Assembly: GCA_023256615.1 (NCBI GenBank)
Contig: JAGDXO010000027.1
Coordinates: 1 to 63,829 of the forward strand
DNA from: Thermoplasmata archaeon
GTDB lineage: Archaea; Thermoplasmatota; Thermoplasmata; Thermoplasmatales; GCA-001856825
Direction: 5' to 3'
Length of the DNA stretch: 63,829 bases
The position numbers and the translations under genes were made by a program. The notes under the pieces were generated by a model. It was not told the origin of the DNA. It saw only the letters and a program-made list of their open reading frames with translations, and did not search any database. The stretch's first letter is position 1. Every line of letters begins with the position of its first letter. Shown piece after piece: positions 1 through 8,643 of this stretch.

Positions 1-130
1 CTCGGTACATCTGAGTACTTCAGGCTGCTGTCAGCCAGCCAATCGTTGCGGTTCAATGAAACTCCACTCATGGGTGGAGGAGAGACCAGCAACAAGCTCC
101 GAAGCTTTAGCGAGGAGTAGCTGACAATGA
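1..130. other. GC-rich, hairpin-rich segment cut by the window edge (fragment of a structural RNA, or 3' end of a truncated ORF in frame +1 stopping at TAG 118-120)
   Basis: About 51% GC by hand count against AT-rich surroundings. Three perfect hairpins: GGCTG-CTGT-CAGCC (23-36), CTCCAC-TCATGG-GTGGAG (62-79), AAGCT-CCGA-AGCTT (94-107). Frame +1 is also open from 1 to 120 but uses CGG/CGA/TCG/CTG codons that look rare elsewhere in the window. Confidence 0.3.
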
Positions 131-148
131 TGCACTTGGTATTGTGAA

Positions 149-1060
149 ATGGGTAAGATAGAGCTAGAAAAATTGATGAACTTGATTGAAAAAAACAGGG
201 ATGTAATGGTTAGAGATAATGTTATAGGCTCTGATTTCTCCACAATAAACTTACCAATAAACATAATTGTCAAAATAGAACCAATGATGTATTATGAGTT
301 CCTAACTCCCAAAGAAAATGCTACACTCTCTTATATTTTCATTCAGAATGATTTTCTAACATCTGGAATAGGCCCAGAATATGCAATGATTGACTTTGAA
401 TCACCCGATGGCGCAAATGATGATTACATTGATTTCATCGAAAAAATGTATGAAATTTTAAGATCCAACCGAGTTAAACTGGCTTCTGCACATACCGGCA
501 ATTATGGAAATATAAAATATGGGATTGCAGGGAGTATAGCTCTTATCGCATCCGGTAAACCCATCTATGGTATTCACAGGTTAAATGATGAATCATCCTT
601 TTTTGTGATGGGAAAACTTGGGCTAGAATATATGTTCTTCAAGGATAAAATAGATAAAAAGAAGTCCATTGTTCAAGAAAAAGATCTATCAATATCCAAT
701 ATATTGAATGAGATAAAAAACATAGAAGTGAAAGTGGAATATATTCACGATATTGCCGAGGGTGGTCTTATAAGATCAATGGAAGAACTGTCGAATTATT
801 TAGGTCGCGGCTTGAGAATATCTGAAAATGAGATGAAGGATATTACTCCTCAAGAATTGTTATATCTTAAGAATGATATCCTATCGGTAAGTTCTTCTGG
901 TTCAGCCATAATATCAGTCCCGAGGAAAGAAAAAGAAAATTTTAAAAATTATATGGAAGGAAAAGTTGCTGAAATAGAGGTTGTTAAAGAAGGATTATGG
1001 CTAGATAATCAAAGATTAGTATCAAAGGAAGATAAATTATATGAAATCTTAAAGAAATAA
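149..1060 (+). CDS. AIR synthase-related (PurM superfamily) protein
   Basis: 303 aa. C-terminal HDIAEGGL motif and overall layout resemble PurM/HypE/ThiL-like ATP-binding proteins. N-terminal half is divergent. Confidence 0.45.
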   Translation: MGKIELEKLMNLIEKNRDVMVRDNVIGSDFSTINLPINIIVKIEPMMYYEFLTPKENATLSYIFIQNDFLTSGIGPEYAMIDFESPDGANDDYIDFIEKMYEILRSNRVKLASAHTGNYGNIKYGIAGSIALIASGKPIYGIHRLNDESSFFVMGKLGLEYMFFKDKIDKKKSIVQEKDLSISNILNEIKNIEVKVEYIHDIAEGGLIRSMEELSNYLGRGLRISENEMKDITPQELLYLKNDILSVSSSGSAIISVPRKEKENFKNYMEGKVAEIEVVKEGLWLDNQRLVSKEDKLYEILKK

Positions 1061-1087
1061 TAAATATAATGTAAAATTACAGAAATC

Positions 1088-1915
1088 ATGAAAGTTGGTG
1101 AAAGTGAATATTTAATTGTAAATGATGGAACTTTCAAACTTGATGGAGGGGCCATGTTTGGTGTTGTACCAAAACCCGTATGGCAAAAGTACTTCCCACC
1201 TGATGATCAGAACAGGATCACGCTCGGAACTAATACACTTGTTATCAAGACAAAGAAGAGGATAGCACTGGTTGATCTCGGGATGGGTGACAAATTTGAC
1301 AGCAAGTTGCTATCAATTTATGATATAAAGAGACAGAAAAATCTTATCGAAAATCTTGAAGGATTGGGAATAAGCAGAGATGATGTAACTGACGTAATAT
1401 TCACACACGGTCATTTGGATCATACCGGCTGGGCTACAATTAATGATAAGGGTGAAATCAAAGCCACATTTCCAAATGCAAAATATATTCTTCAGGATGA
1501 CACGCTGGACGAGATAAGAAATCCAAATGAGAAGACAAAACCCAATTATAATTATCTGAATTTCAAGGGTTTGGACAGCCAAATTATTGCGATAAATGGA
1601 GATGAGGAAATTATCCCGGGAGTGGAACTGGTTAAAACAGGCGGTCACACAAAGGGGCATCAGATTGTGATATCAAGAGATGGGAATAATTCTATAGTTT
1701 ACTTTGGAGATCTCATCCCAACGTCAGCTCACATTAAACCTGCATATATTATGGCTTATGACCTCTATCCTATGGAGACATTCTCAAGGAAAAAGGAGCT
1801 TCTGGAAAGAGCATTTGAAGAAAAATGGATAATAGTATTTGAACATGATCCTAACAGTCCTTCTGCTATTTTAAAGGATATAGAAAAATACTCGCTAAGT
1901 CCCTTCAGTCTTTGA
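1088..1915 (+). CDS. MBL-fold metallo-hydrolase
   Basis: THGHLDHTGW (HxHxDH zinc motif), downstream GGHTKGH and a conserved His/Asp pattern. Confidence 0.8.
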   Translation: MKVGESEYLIVNDGTFKLDGGAMFGVVPKPVWQKYFPPDDQNRITLGTNTLVIKTKKRIALVDLGMGDKFDSKLLSIYDIKRQKNLIENLEGLGISRDDVTDVIFTHGHLDHTGWATINDKGEIKATFPNAKYILQDDTLDEIRNPNEKTKPNYNYLNFKGLDSQIIAINGDEEIIPGVELVKTGGHTKGHQIVISRDGNNSIVYFGDLIPTSAHIKPAYIMAYDLYPMETFSRKKELLERAFEEKWIIVFEHDPNSPSAILKDIEKYSLSPFSL

Positions 1916-3041
1916 AATCCCTACCCTTCAATAATTCCTTTCCTATTATTAGTCTCTGAATTTCATTTGTTCCCTCATAGATCTGAGTTATCTTTGCCTC
2001 TCTGAATCTTCTCTCTACCGGATATTCTTCAGAAAGTGCATTAACACCAAGTAAAGATAGCACCCTAGATGTTATACTTACAGCTGAATCTCCTGCTGTG
2101 AGTTTAGATATTGAACTTAGGAGTGGAGAATTTTTACCGCTTTCACTGTATGCTATAGCTTCTTCTAGGTTTTTTATGGAAGACTGAAGATCGCTTGCAA
2201 TATCCGCCATCCTGAAAAGGAACCATTCCCTGATATTTTCTTGATTCTGCATAGCATAATTTCGCATATCATTGAATGCTCCCTCCGATATTCCTACAGC
2301 CTGGCTTGCTATTCCTATCCTTCCGACGTTCAATGTCTCCATCTCTATCTTGAATCCATCTCCTTCCCTTCCCATGACATATTCCTCACCAACTTCCACA
2401 TTATCTAAAATAACCTCTGTTGTACTTGACCCTCTGACACCCATTTTCCTGAATTCATTTCCTATGCTGAGTCCTGGGTTATCCCTATCCACCACAAACA
2501 TGGTCATTCCCTTGTGTTTTTTTATTGGGTCGGTCATGGCTGAAACAAGGTAAAATCTTGCTTCCTTTCCATTGGTTATGAACGTTTTGGTTCCGTTGAT
2601 CCTGTATCTTCCATTTTCCTTCTTTGCTGTTGTTTTTATAGCAGCGGCATCTGATCCTGTCCCAGGTTCAGTGATTGCCAGAGCTCCTATCTCACCTCTT
2701 GCTACTTTTCCCAGATACTTCTCTTTTAGAAATTCGCTACCGAATTGAATTATTGGCTCTGCGAATAGGGAAACTGTAACATCAAGTATAAGGGATGTTG
2801 AAGCGCATTCTCTGGAGATAATCCTTATTGTCTCCATTAAAGAACTCAACGAATATCCCATTCCTCCGTATTTACTGGGAATATACATTGAGAAAAGTCC
2901 CATAGATATCATATCATTTACTAGATTATTGGGAAACTCCCCAAGCCTATCTATCTCAGATGCCATAGGCCTTACCTTTTCCTTGGAAAATTTCTCAACT
3001 TCTTTTAATTTGTTAATCTCTTCTTCCTTTAAAATCATCAC
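1905..3041 (-). CDS. acyl-CoA dehydrogenase
   Basis: 378 aa. ITEPGTGSDAA, TFITNG and C-terminal YEGTNEIQRLIIGKELL motifs typical of the ACAD family. Confidence 0.85.
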   Translation of the reverse strand: MMILKEEEINKLKEVEKFSKEKVRPMASEIDRLGEFPNNLVNDMISMGLFSMYIPSKYGGMGYSLSSLMETIRIISRECASTSLILDVTVSLFAEPIIQFGSEFLKEKYLGKVARGEIGALAITEPGTGSDAAAIKTTAKKENGRYRINGTKTFITNGKEARFYLVSAMTDPIKKHKGMTMFVVDRDNPGLSIGNEFRKMGVRGSSTTEVILDNVEVGEEYVMGREGDGFKIEMETLNVGRIGIASQAVGISEGAFNDMRNYAMQNQENIREWFLFRMADIASDLQSSIKNLEEAIAYSESGKNSPLLSSISKLTAGDSAVSITSRVLSLLGVNALSEEYPVERRFREAKITQIYEGTNEIQRLIIGKELLKGRDFKD

Positions 3042-3088
3042 TTTTCTTTAAGCCGAAATGATAAAATTATTTTTCGGTGGTCGAGATC

Positions 3089-3117
3089 ATATGACAAAAG
3101 TCTTATATTTGTCATAT
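3089..3117. promoter_or_regulatory. perfect 10-bp inverted repeat ATATGACAAA-N9-TTTGTCATAT, 17 nt upstream of xerA
   Basis: Read directly: arms at 3089-3098 and 3108-3117 are exact reverse complements. Lies in the divergent acd/xerA intergenic region. Confidence 0.5.
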
Positions 3118-3133
3118 TTATATTCATGTCAAT

Positions 3134-3997
3134 ATGAGAACTTCCCTAGATGAAAAAATAGAAAGTGATGTTGCACAGTCTTTTAGGAACAGATTATATG
3201 CAAATGGGAAGAGCAAGAATACGGTAAAAATGTATGGTTATATTGCTCAAAAATACCTTGAATTCATAAAATTTGATCGAAGGAAAATTACGAGAGAAAG
3301 TATTGAGGATTTTAAGGAATATTTATCACTTGAATTGGGTTATTCCAAAACATCTATTTACCTGTACGTAAGAGCACTGCAGGCCTTTTTGGATTTTCTT
3401 GAAATAAAAGATCTTGGCTCCCTAAATCCACCCAAGAGGCCACAGAAAGTTCCCAATTATTTAGTTGAAACTGAAGTTTCGAAAATACTGGACAGCTGCA
3501 GAAATAGTAAGGAAAAACTGATTGTAGAGTTGCTTGCATATACTGGTGTGAGGGTATCCGAACTATGTTCCATCAGGGTCAATGATATTGATCTAGAAAA
3601 CAAATCACTGAAAATAAGGGGAGGAAAAGGTGACAAAGACAGACTCGTAATCTTCAGTGATAAAATAGTGCCTGATTTAAAAATATATATTATGGAAATA
3701 AAGGAAAGGAGAGGAAAGTCTGAATTTTTGTTCCCGACTGCAAAGAGCAGAAAGATATCTCCCGTAACCGTGGAAAGAATAATCAGGAACCTTGCCAAAA
3801 GGGCAGGTATAAACAAGAAGGTAACACCACACGTTCTCAGGCATACATTTGCCACATCTCTGCTCAGGAACGGAGCAGATATAAGAATAATTCAAGTTTT
3901 GTTAGGACATGCAAGTATAAGTACAACCCAGATATACACCCACGTAGATGATGGCGCGCTTAGACGGAGTTACGAGAAATATGCACCCTCTTATTGA
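3134..3997 (+). CDS. xerA: tyrosine recombinase XerA
   Basis: 287 aa. HVLRHTFATSLLRNGADIRIIQVLLGHASISTTQIYTHV (R-H-R-H-Y catalytic box) and an N-terminal SAM-like core-binding domain. Confidence 0.85.
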   Translation: MRTSLDEKIESDVAQSFRNRLYANGKSKNTVKMYGYIAQKYLEFIKFDRRKITRESIEDFKEYLSLELGYSKTSIYLYVRALQAFLDFLEIKDLGSLNPPKRPQKVPNYLVETEVSKILDSCRNSKEKLIVELLAYTGVRVSELCSIRVNDIDLENKSLKIRGGKGDKDRLVIFSDKIVPDLKIYIMEIKERRGKSEFLFPTAKSRKISPVTVERIIRNLAKRAGINKKVTPHVLRHTFATSLLRNGADIRIIQVLLGHASISTTQIYTHVDDGALRRSYEKYAPSY

Positions 3998-4628
3998 AAT
4001 TTATCATAATTATGGAGCCAAGGACGAAATCGTAATATCGAATGATCTAGTATGCAAAATATTCAGCAATATAAGTTTCGTGCCAGCCAGAACATCTGCA
4101 TATATTGCAAAAGCTCTTGATATAGATCCAAAAACGGTTGAGTGGCATGTCAGGAAATTGAGTGATGCAAATCTAGTCTCACTAAATAACGATAGAAACA
4201 AATACTGGCTGAAAGGTATCCTTCAGGAAAATGAACTTAAATATTTCGAAGCTCTGAATTTTTCAGCTTCGTACGTAATAATGTCAAATCTGATGGAAAG
4301 GAAGGAAATCAAATTAGATGATTTAGAATTAAACAAGGTCACTGCTAGTAAAAAAATAAAATTATTAGAAAATGTAGGATTTATAAATGAAAATAGAAAA
4401 GGCAAGGAAGTATACCTAACAATAAATGAGGAATTTTTTAAATTCAGAAGTTTGCTGAAATGGAGAGCTAACATATTTGTAACTAATTACCTTAGGCGGC
4501 TAAAATTATCCAAAATATACTATGAGATTTTGAATGTTACGGATTTCAGCATTTCAATAGATACTAATCACGGTATGCCAATAATATTATCAAGAGACCC
4601 ATTATTTACGGTGATAAAATATGGATAA
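3948..4628 (+). CDS. uncharacterized protein with two winged-helix-like segments
   Basis: ARTSAYIAKALDIDPKTVEWHVRKLSDANLV and a second HTH-like stretch KIKLLENVGFINENRKGKEVYL. Overlaps the xerA 3' end. An alternative ATG at 3981 would shorten the overlap to 17 nt. Confidence 0.45.
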   Translation: MMARLDGVTRNMHPLIEIYHNYGAKDEIVISNDLVCKIFSNISFVPARTSAYIAKALDIDPKTVEWHVRKLSDANLVSLNNDRNKYWLKGILQENELKYFEALNFSASYVIMSNLMERKEIKLDDLELNKVTASKKIKLLENVGFINENRKGKEVYLTINEEFFKFRSLLKWRANIFVTNYLRRLKLSKIYYEILNVTDFSISIDTNHGMPIILSRDPLFTVIKYG

Positions 4629-5274
4629 AAAGCTGATGGCAGCAAAAGAGGCATTAAACTTTGTCTCTCCCGGTAATGTTATAGGCCTTGGCACGGGTAC
4701 TACTGCAAACGAATTCATCAAATTACTCTCCAAGAGTGACTTATGTAAATCCGTAATGGGAGTTGCCACATCTATAAATACTGAAAATCTTGCCACGAAT
4801 CTAGGTATCAAAATAGTTGACATAGATTCAGTCGATAAAATAGATGTGACCATAGATGGTGCTGATGAGATAGATCCTTCTGGGAACCTTCTAAAAGGAG
4901 GTGGCGGTGCACTTACGAGAGAAAAAAAAGTGGCGCTAAGCTCAAGGGACTATGTGATAATAGTATCAGATGAAAAAATGGTGCAAAAAATACCAGATCA
5001 TATGGGAATACCAATAGAAATCCTCCCATTTGGAAAAAAGAAGACCATAGAAAGTATTGAGAATTTGAAATTCATCTGCAGGTTGAGGGAGAATTTTATA
5101 ACTGACAATGGAAATTTCATTGTTGACTGTATACCTTCAAACGAAATAGATATGTCTGTTGCCAATAGAGAGATAAAGAGCCTCAATGGAGTGGTGGAAA
5201 CAGGTTTATTTTTAAATTTTAAAAAGACTATTATAATTTCTGATGGTGAAGAGGTAAAAATATTAAAAAATTAG
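4621..5274 (+). CDS. rpiA: ribose-5-phosphate isomerase A
   Basis: GLGTGTTANEFI, DGADEID and KGGGGALTREK motifs. Confidence 0.9.
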   Translation: MDKKLMAAKEALNFVSPGNVIGLGTGTTANEFIKLLSKSDLCKSVMGVATSINTENLATNLGIKIVDIDSVDKIDVTIDGADEIDPSGNLLKGGGGALTREKKVALSSRDYVIIVSDEKMVQKIPDHMGIPIEILPFGKKKTIESIENLKFICRLRENFITDNGNFIVDCIPSNEIDMSVANREIKSLNGVVETGLFLNFKKTIIISDGEEVKILKN

Positions 5275-5630
5275 ATTAAATTCTGAATCTGACCTAATAC
5301 ATTTTGCATATCTTCGATTTTCTTCTTTTGTTCCTCTTCAAGCTCCTTTATTATTTCCCCAAATGGTTTTGATAATCTATAACCGTGAACGGGTCTACCT
5401 TTTCCTTCCTTTTTGATATCTCTCTTTACAATCCATCCATGCTCCTTGAGTATCCTCATTGCAATTGAAACCTCTGGTTGCCTTAAATTAGCATTTTTCT
5501 CAATTTCCACAGAGGTTGTTTCTGGCTTTCCTTTCATATAAACCAAGGCTTTGGCAACATTTCTGGGAACTCCCATCTGCATTAGAAGAGCAGACAATTT
5601 ATCATCCTCTGATGTAAATCCCTGTGTCAT
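5271..5630 (-). CDS. small winged-helix transcriptional regulator (ArsR/TrmB-like)
   Basis: 119 aa. HTH stretch TSVEIEKNANLRQPEVSIAMRILKEHGWIV, a wing (GKGRPVHGYRL) and a C-terminal coiled-coil-like tail. Divergent from nrdJ. Confidence 0.6.
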   Translation of the reverse strand: MTQGFTSEDDKLSALLMQMGVPRNVAKALVYMKGKPETTSVEIEKNANLRQPEVSIAMRILKEHGWIVKRDIKKEGKGRPVHGYRLSKPFGEIIKELEEEQKKKIEDMQNVLGQIQNLI

Positions 5631-5739
5631 ATTCCTATAAATAAAAATTCATATTTATATTTTATCATATTTATTAAGAGACTTTTTGCGAAATGTTTCC
5701 ATAATATTCAAAGAATATCTAAATTTTTTGTCCCTTAAT

Positions 5740-5773
5740 AGGATTGATCATTTATTTTTAAAGGATTGATCAT
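5740..5773. promoter_or_regulatory. two exact copies of AGGATTGATCAT spaced 22 nt start to start (candidate operator)
   Basis: Copies at 5740-5751 and 5762-5773. Each contains the palindrome TGATCA. Located in the 245-nt divergent region between the wHTH regulator and nrdJ. Confidence 0.5.
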
Positions 5774-5875
5774 ATATCTTATAATATAAATTGATTCTTT
5801 AATGCAGAATGAGTTACCATTGATAACAGAAGTTTTTTTATCGTACTAAGAATAGCTAATACTTACGGTGAAAAA

Positions 5876-8182
5876 ATGTCTAATGAAGAAGAAGGAGAGG
5901 ATTCGGGATTTATTAGGATTCCGGATGAAACGCTATTGCATTTCAATAATGATGAATTGAGGGCCAGAGTTTTTGTGGACAAGTATGCCATGAAGGACAG
6001 AGAGGGAAGACTGGTTGAAAAAACACCGCAGGAAATGTGGAGAAGGGTGGCAACAGAAATAGCCTCTGTGGAAGATGGTGATAAGAGGAAAGAGTGGGAG
6101 GAGAAATTTTACTGGCTCTTATCTGATTTCAAGATGATACCCGGGGGAAGAATACTGTTTGGAGCCGGGCAGGAAAAGTATGGAAGGAGAGCTACACTGA
6201 ACAACTGTTATGTGATACCTATACACGATGACTCTCTTGAGGCTATATTTGACTGGACAAAGGAGGCAGCAAGAACTTACTCTCTTGGAGGAGGGGTAGG
6301 AACTGATATAAGCATTCTGAGGCCGAAGGGTTCCCCAGTAAATAATGCTGCCCTGAGGTCGACAGGCGCAGTATCATTTATGAACATAATGTCCGAAACA
6401 ACCGGTACAATAGGCCAGGCCGGCAGGAGGGGGGCGCTTATGATCACGATGAAGGTTGACCATCCTGATATATTCGATTTCATAAAGGTGAAGAGGAATC
6501 TCAAGAGCGTGAGGTATGCAAATATATCTGTGAGAATAACAGACGAGTTCCTGAGGGCAGTGGAGGAAGACGATGATTTCACACTTCATTATGAAAGCGA
6601 GAAGGTCAAGAGAATTGAAAGGAAGATAAAGGCCAGGCATCTCTGGAACGAGCTGATAGAATCTGCCAGGAACTGGGCTGAGCCAGGCCTGATATTCTGG
6701 GACACAATGAAAAAGGAAAGCACATCTGAATACAATGGAATGGAAATTCTGACCACGAATCCATGTTCTGAAATACCGCTGGAGCCATACGGTGCCTGCA
6801 ACTTAGGGAATGTGAACCTTTCACAGTTCGTGAAGAATGCATTTGAGAGTCCTGAGGTTGACTGGGACAGCCTTGAGAAGGCTATGCGGTATTCCGTGAG
6901 ATTCCTTGATGATGTGACAGACTACAACCTTTACAAGCATCCCTTGAAACAGCAGACAGAGGAAGCGAAAAAGGGAAGGAGAATAGGTGTAGGTTTCACC
7001 GGACTTGCTGACATGCTCATAAAGATGAAAATAAAATATGACTCTGATGAGGCCATAAAATTCGTGGACGCACTCTTCAAGAGAATAATGAACATAGTGT
7101 ATGACGAGAGCACAAACATAGCCAAAGAGAAGGGAACTTTCCCCGCATTTGATCTTGAAAAGCACCTGAAATCACCCTTTATCAAGAGGCTGGATCCTGC
7201 AGTTCTTGAGAAAATAAGAACAAACGGTCTCAGGAACGTGGCACTCCTGACAGTACCTCCAGTTGGAAGCGGCTCAGCCCTTGCAGGGAGCTCAAGCGGT
7301 ATAGAGCCCGTATTCGCATTTTCCTACACGAGGAGAAGTGAGAGCCTCTCAAAGGACACATTCAAGGTATTCCATCCTCTTGTGAAGGAATATATGAGTG
7401 CCTACAGCGTGACGGATGAAAAGGATCTTCCAGACTATTTTATTGAGGCACATGACATTGATCCAATGTTCAGGGTCAAGATGCAGGCCACAATACAGAA
7501 ATACATTGATCATTCAATATCATCAACAGTAAATCTGCCTTCTGACGCTACAACTGATGAAGTCGGGAAAATATACATAGAGGCGTGGAAAGCAGGGTGC
7601 AAGGGGATAACAGTTTATAGGGAAGGTTCAAGAGAGGGTATTTTGATCACTGAAAAGGAGCTGAGTAAAAAAGTCGATCAGAATTTTGAAAGGCCGATGA
7701 TCCTGACAGGAAGGACGATTGTATTTCCATTGATTGAAAGTGGAAAACTTTACACAACAGTGAACTTTGATGAAGAAGGAAAGCCGATGGAAGTATTCGT
7801 AAACGTGGGAAAATCTGGGACAGAAGAAAAGGCGTATTCTGAGGCAATAGGAAGGTTGATATCGCTTTATCTTCAGCAGGGCGGAGACATTTCAAAAGTA
7901 ATAAAGGCCCTATCAGGAATCAAGGGAAAGAGCGTTACATTCGTGAGTGGAATGAAAATCACTTCAGTACCTGACGGAGTGGCAAAGGCTATCGAAATAT
8001 CAATGAAGGGAGAACAGCCCCAATCAACACTCACGGAAGGATTCATAGTCAGCAAGCTGAAGGCTGAGCCAGAAACAAAGAAATCATCATTCCTGACCTG
8101 TCCAAAATGCGGGAACGATACAATGGTTTCAGAAAATGGCTGTTTAACATGTAAAACATGCGGGTACTCGAAGTGCGAATGA
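5876..8182 (+). CDS. nrdJ: adenosylcobalamin-dependent (class II) ribonucleotide reductase
   Basis: 768 aa. TNPCSEIPL active-site Cys/Glu motif, LNNCYV, and a C-terminal Cys-rich tail CPKCGNDTMVSENGCLTCKTCGYSKCE. Confidence 0.9.
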   Translation: MSNEEEGEDSGFIRIPDETLLHFNNDELRARVFVDKYAMKDREGRLVEKTPQEMWRRVATEIASVEDGDKRKEWEEKFYWLLSDFKMIPGGRILFGAGQEKYGRRATLNNCYVIPIHDDSLEAIFDWTKEAARTYSLGGGVGTDISILRPKGSPVNNAALRSTGAVSFMNIMSETTGTIGQAGRRGALMITMKVDHPDIFDFIKVKRNLKSVRYANISVRITDEFLRAVEEDDDFTLHYESEKVKRIERKIKARHLWNELIESARNWAEPGLIFWDTMKKESTSEYNGMEILTTNPCSEIPLEPYGACNLGNVNLSQFVKNAFESPEVDWDSLEKAMRYSVRFLDDVTDYNLYKHPLKQQTEEAKKGRRIGVGFTGLADMLIKMKIKYDSDEAIKFVDALFKRIMNIVYDESTNIAKEKGTFPAFDLEKHLKSPFIKRLDPAVLEKIRTNGLRNVALLTVPPVGSGSALAGSSSGIEPVFAFSYTRRSESLSKDTFKVFHPLVKEYMSAYSVTDEKDLPDYFIEAHDIDPMFRVKMQATIQKYIDHSISSTVNLPSDATTDEVGKIYIEAWKAGCKGITVYREGSREGILITEKELSKKVDQNFERPMILTGRTIVFPLIESGKLYTTVNFDEEGKPMEVFVNVGKSGTEEKAYSEAIGRLISLYLQQGGDISKVIKALSGIKGKSVTFVSGMKITSVPDGVAKAIEISMKGEQPQSTLTEGFIVSKLKAEPETKKSSFLTCPKCGNDTMVSENGCLTCKTCGYSKCE

Positions 8183-8195
8183 CGGTGAAAATAAT

Positions 8196-8414
8196 ATGAA
8201 TAGGAGAGAGCTCATTCAAATGGAAATAAAATACCTGATAAGAGAGCACCTCATAGGGCTTAAAGATAGGGAAGGTATTCTTGAAGCATATATGAGAGAT
8301 GTGAATAACCTTGAGTTTAAAGAAATGATTAATTACCGGGATTATTTGAATTTTTCAATAAGAAATTACTATGAATCCATTGAGGGGTATCAAAGATTAA
8401 TATATCGTGACTAA
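8196..8414 (+). CDS. hypothetical small protein
   Basis: 72-aa ORF 13 nt after nrdJ. Helical-looking, no recognisable motif. Confidence 0.3.
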   Translation: MNRRELIQMEIKYLIREHLIGLKDREGILEAYMRDVNNLEFKEMINYRDYLNFSIRNYYESIEGYQRLIYRD

Positions 8415-8538
8415 ATTATTTATTATATTTTATTATTTTTAAATTACTCTTTCCGTCTGCGGCAATAATTGGCAGTATAATTAAAATTCTTAAAAAGGAT
8501 TTTTTTTAGTGTATTAATTCATAATTTGAGGCGATCTC

Positions 8539-8546
8539 TTTAAATA
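8539..8546 (+). promoter_or_regulatory. candidate TATA box (TTTAAATA) of the ribosomal protein operon
   Basis: Archaeal TATA-like octamer about 110 nt upstream of the rpl3 ATG. Nothing else TATA-like lies closer to the start. Implies a leader of about 90 nt. Confidence 0.35.
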
Positions 8547-8567
8547 TGATTACGTGTTTTTGGAGAA

Positions 8568-8643
8568 GCATTAGCTTCACGTCTCAGGCAAAATGCCTAT
8601 GATACTCCAGAATTGTGGAGTTATCAAGACGCAACGGCAATGC
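8568..8643 (+). promoter_or_regulatory. putative structured 5' leader of the rpl3 operon
   Basis: Closing pairs GCATT (8568-72)/AATGC (8639-43) and CGTC/GACG. Internal hairpins AGGCA-AAA-TGCCT (8586-98) and ACTCCA-GAATTG-TGGAGT (8604-21). More GC-rich than the flanks. Confidence 0.3.

Noticed and set aside
45-62. tRNA T-arm-like GGTTCAATGAA in the left-edge GC-rich segment
   Set aside because: The flanking bases do not form a T-stem, and no acceptor, D or anticodon arms can be drawn.
8421-8447. Near-identical A/T-only 19-20-mer (ATTTTATTATTTT(T)AAATTA) after the nrdJ operon and again after nusA (63289-63310)
   Set aside because: The sequence uses a two-letter alphabet and is low complexity. 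A match of this length is plausible by chance among AT-rich intergenic regions. It probably just reflects oligo-T terminator-like tracts.
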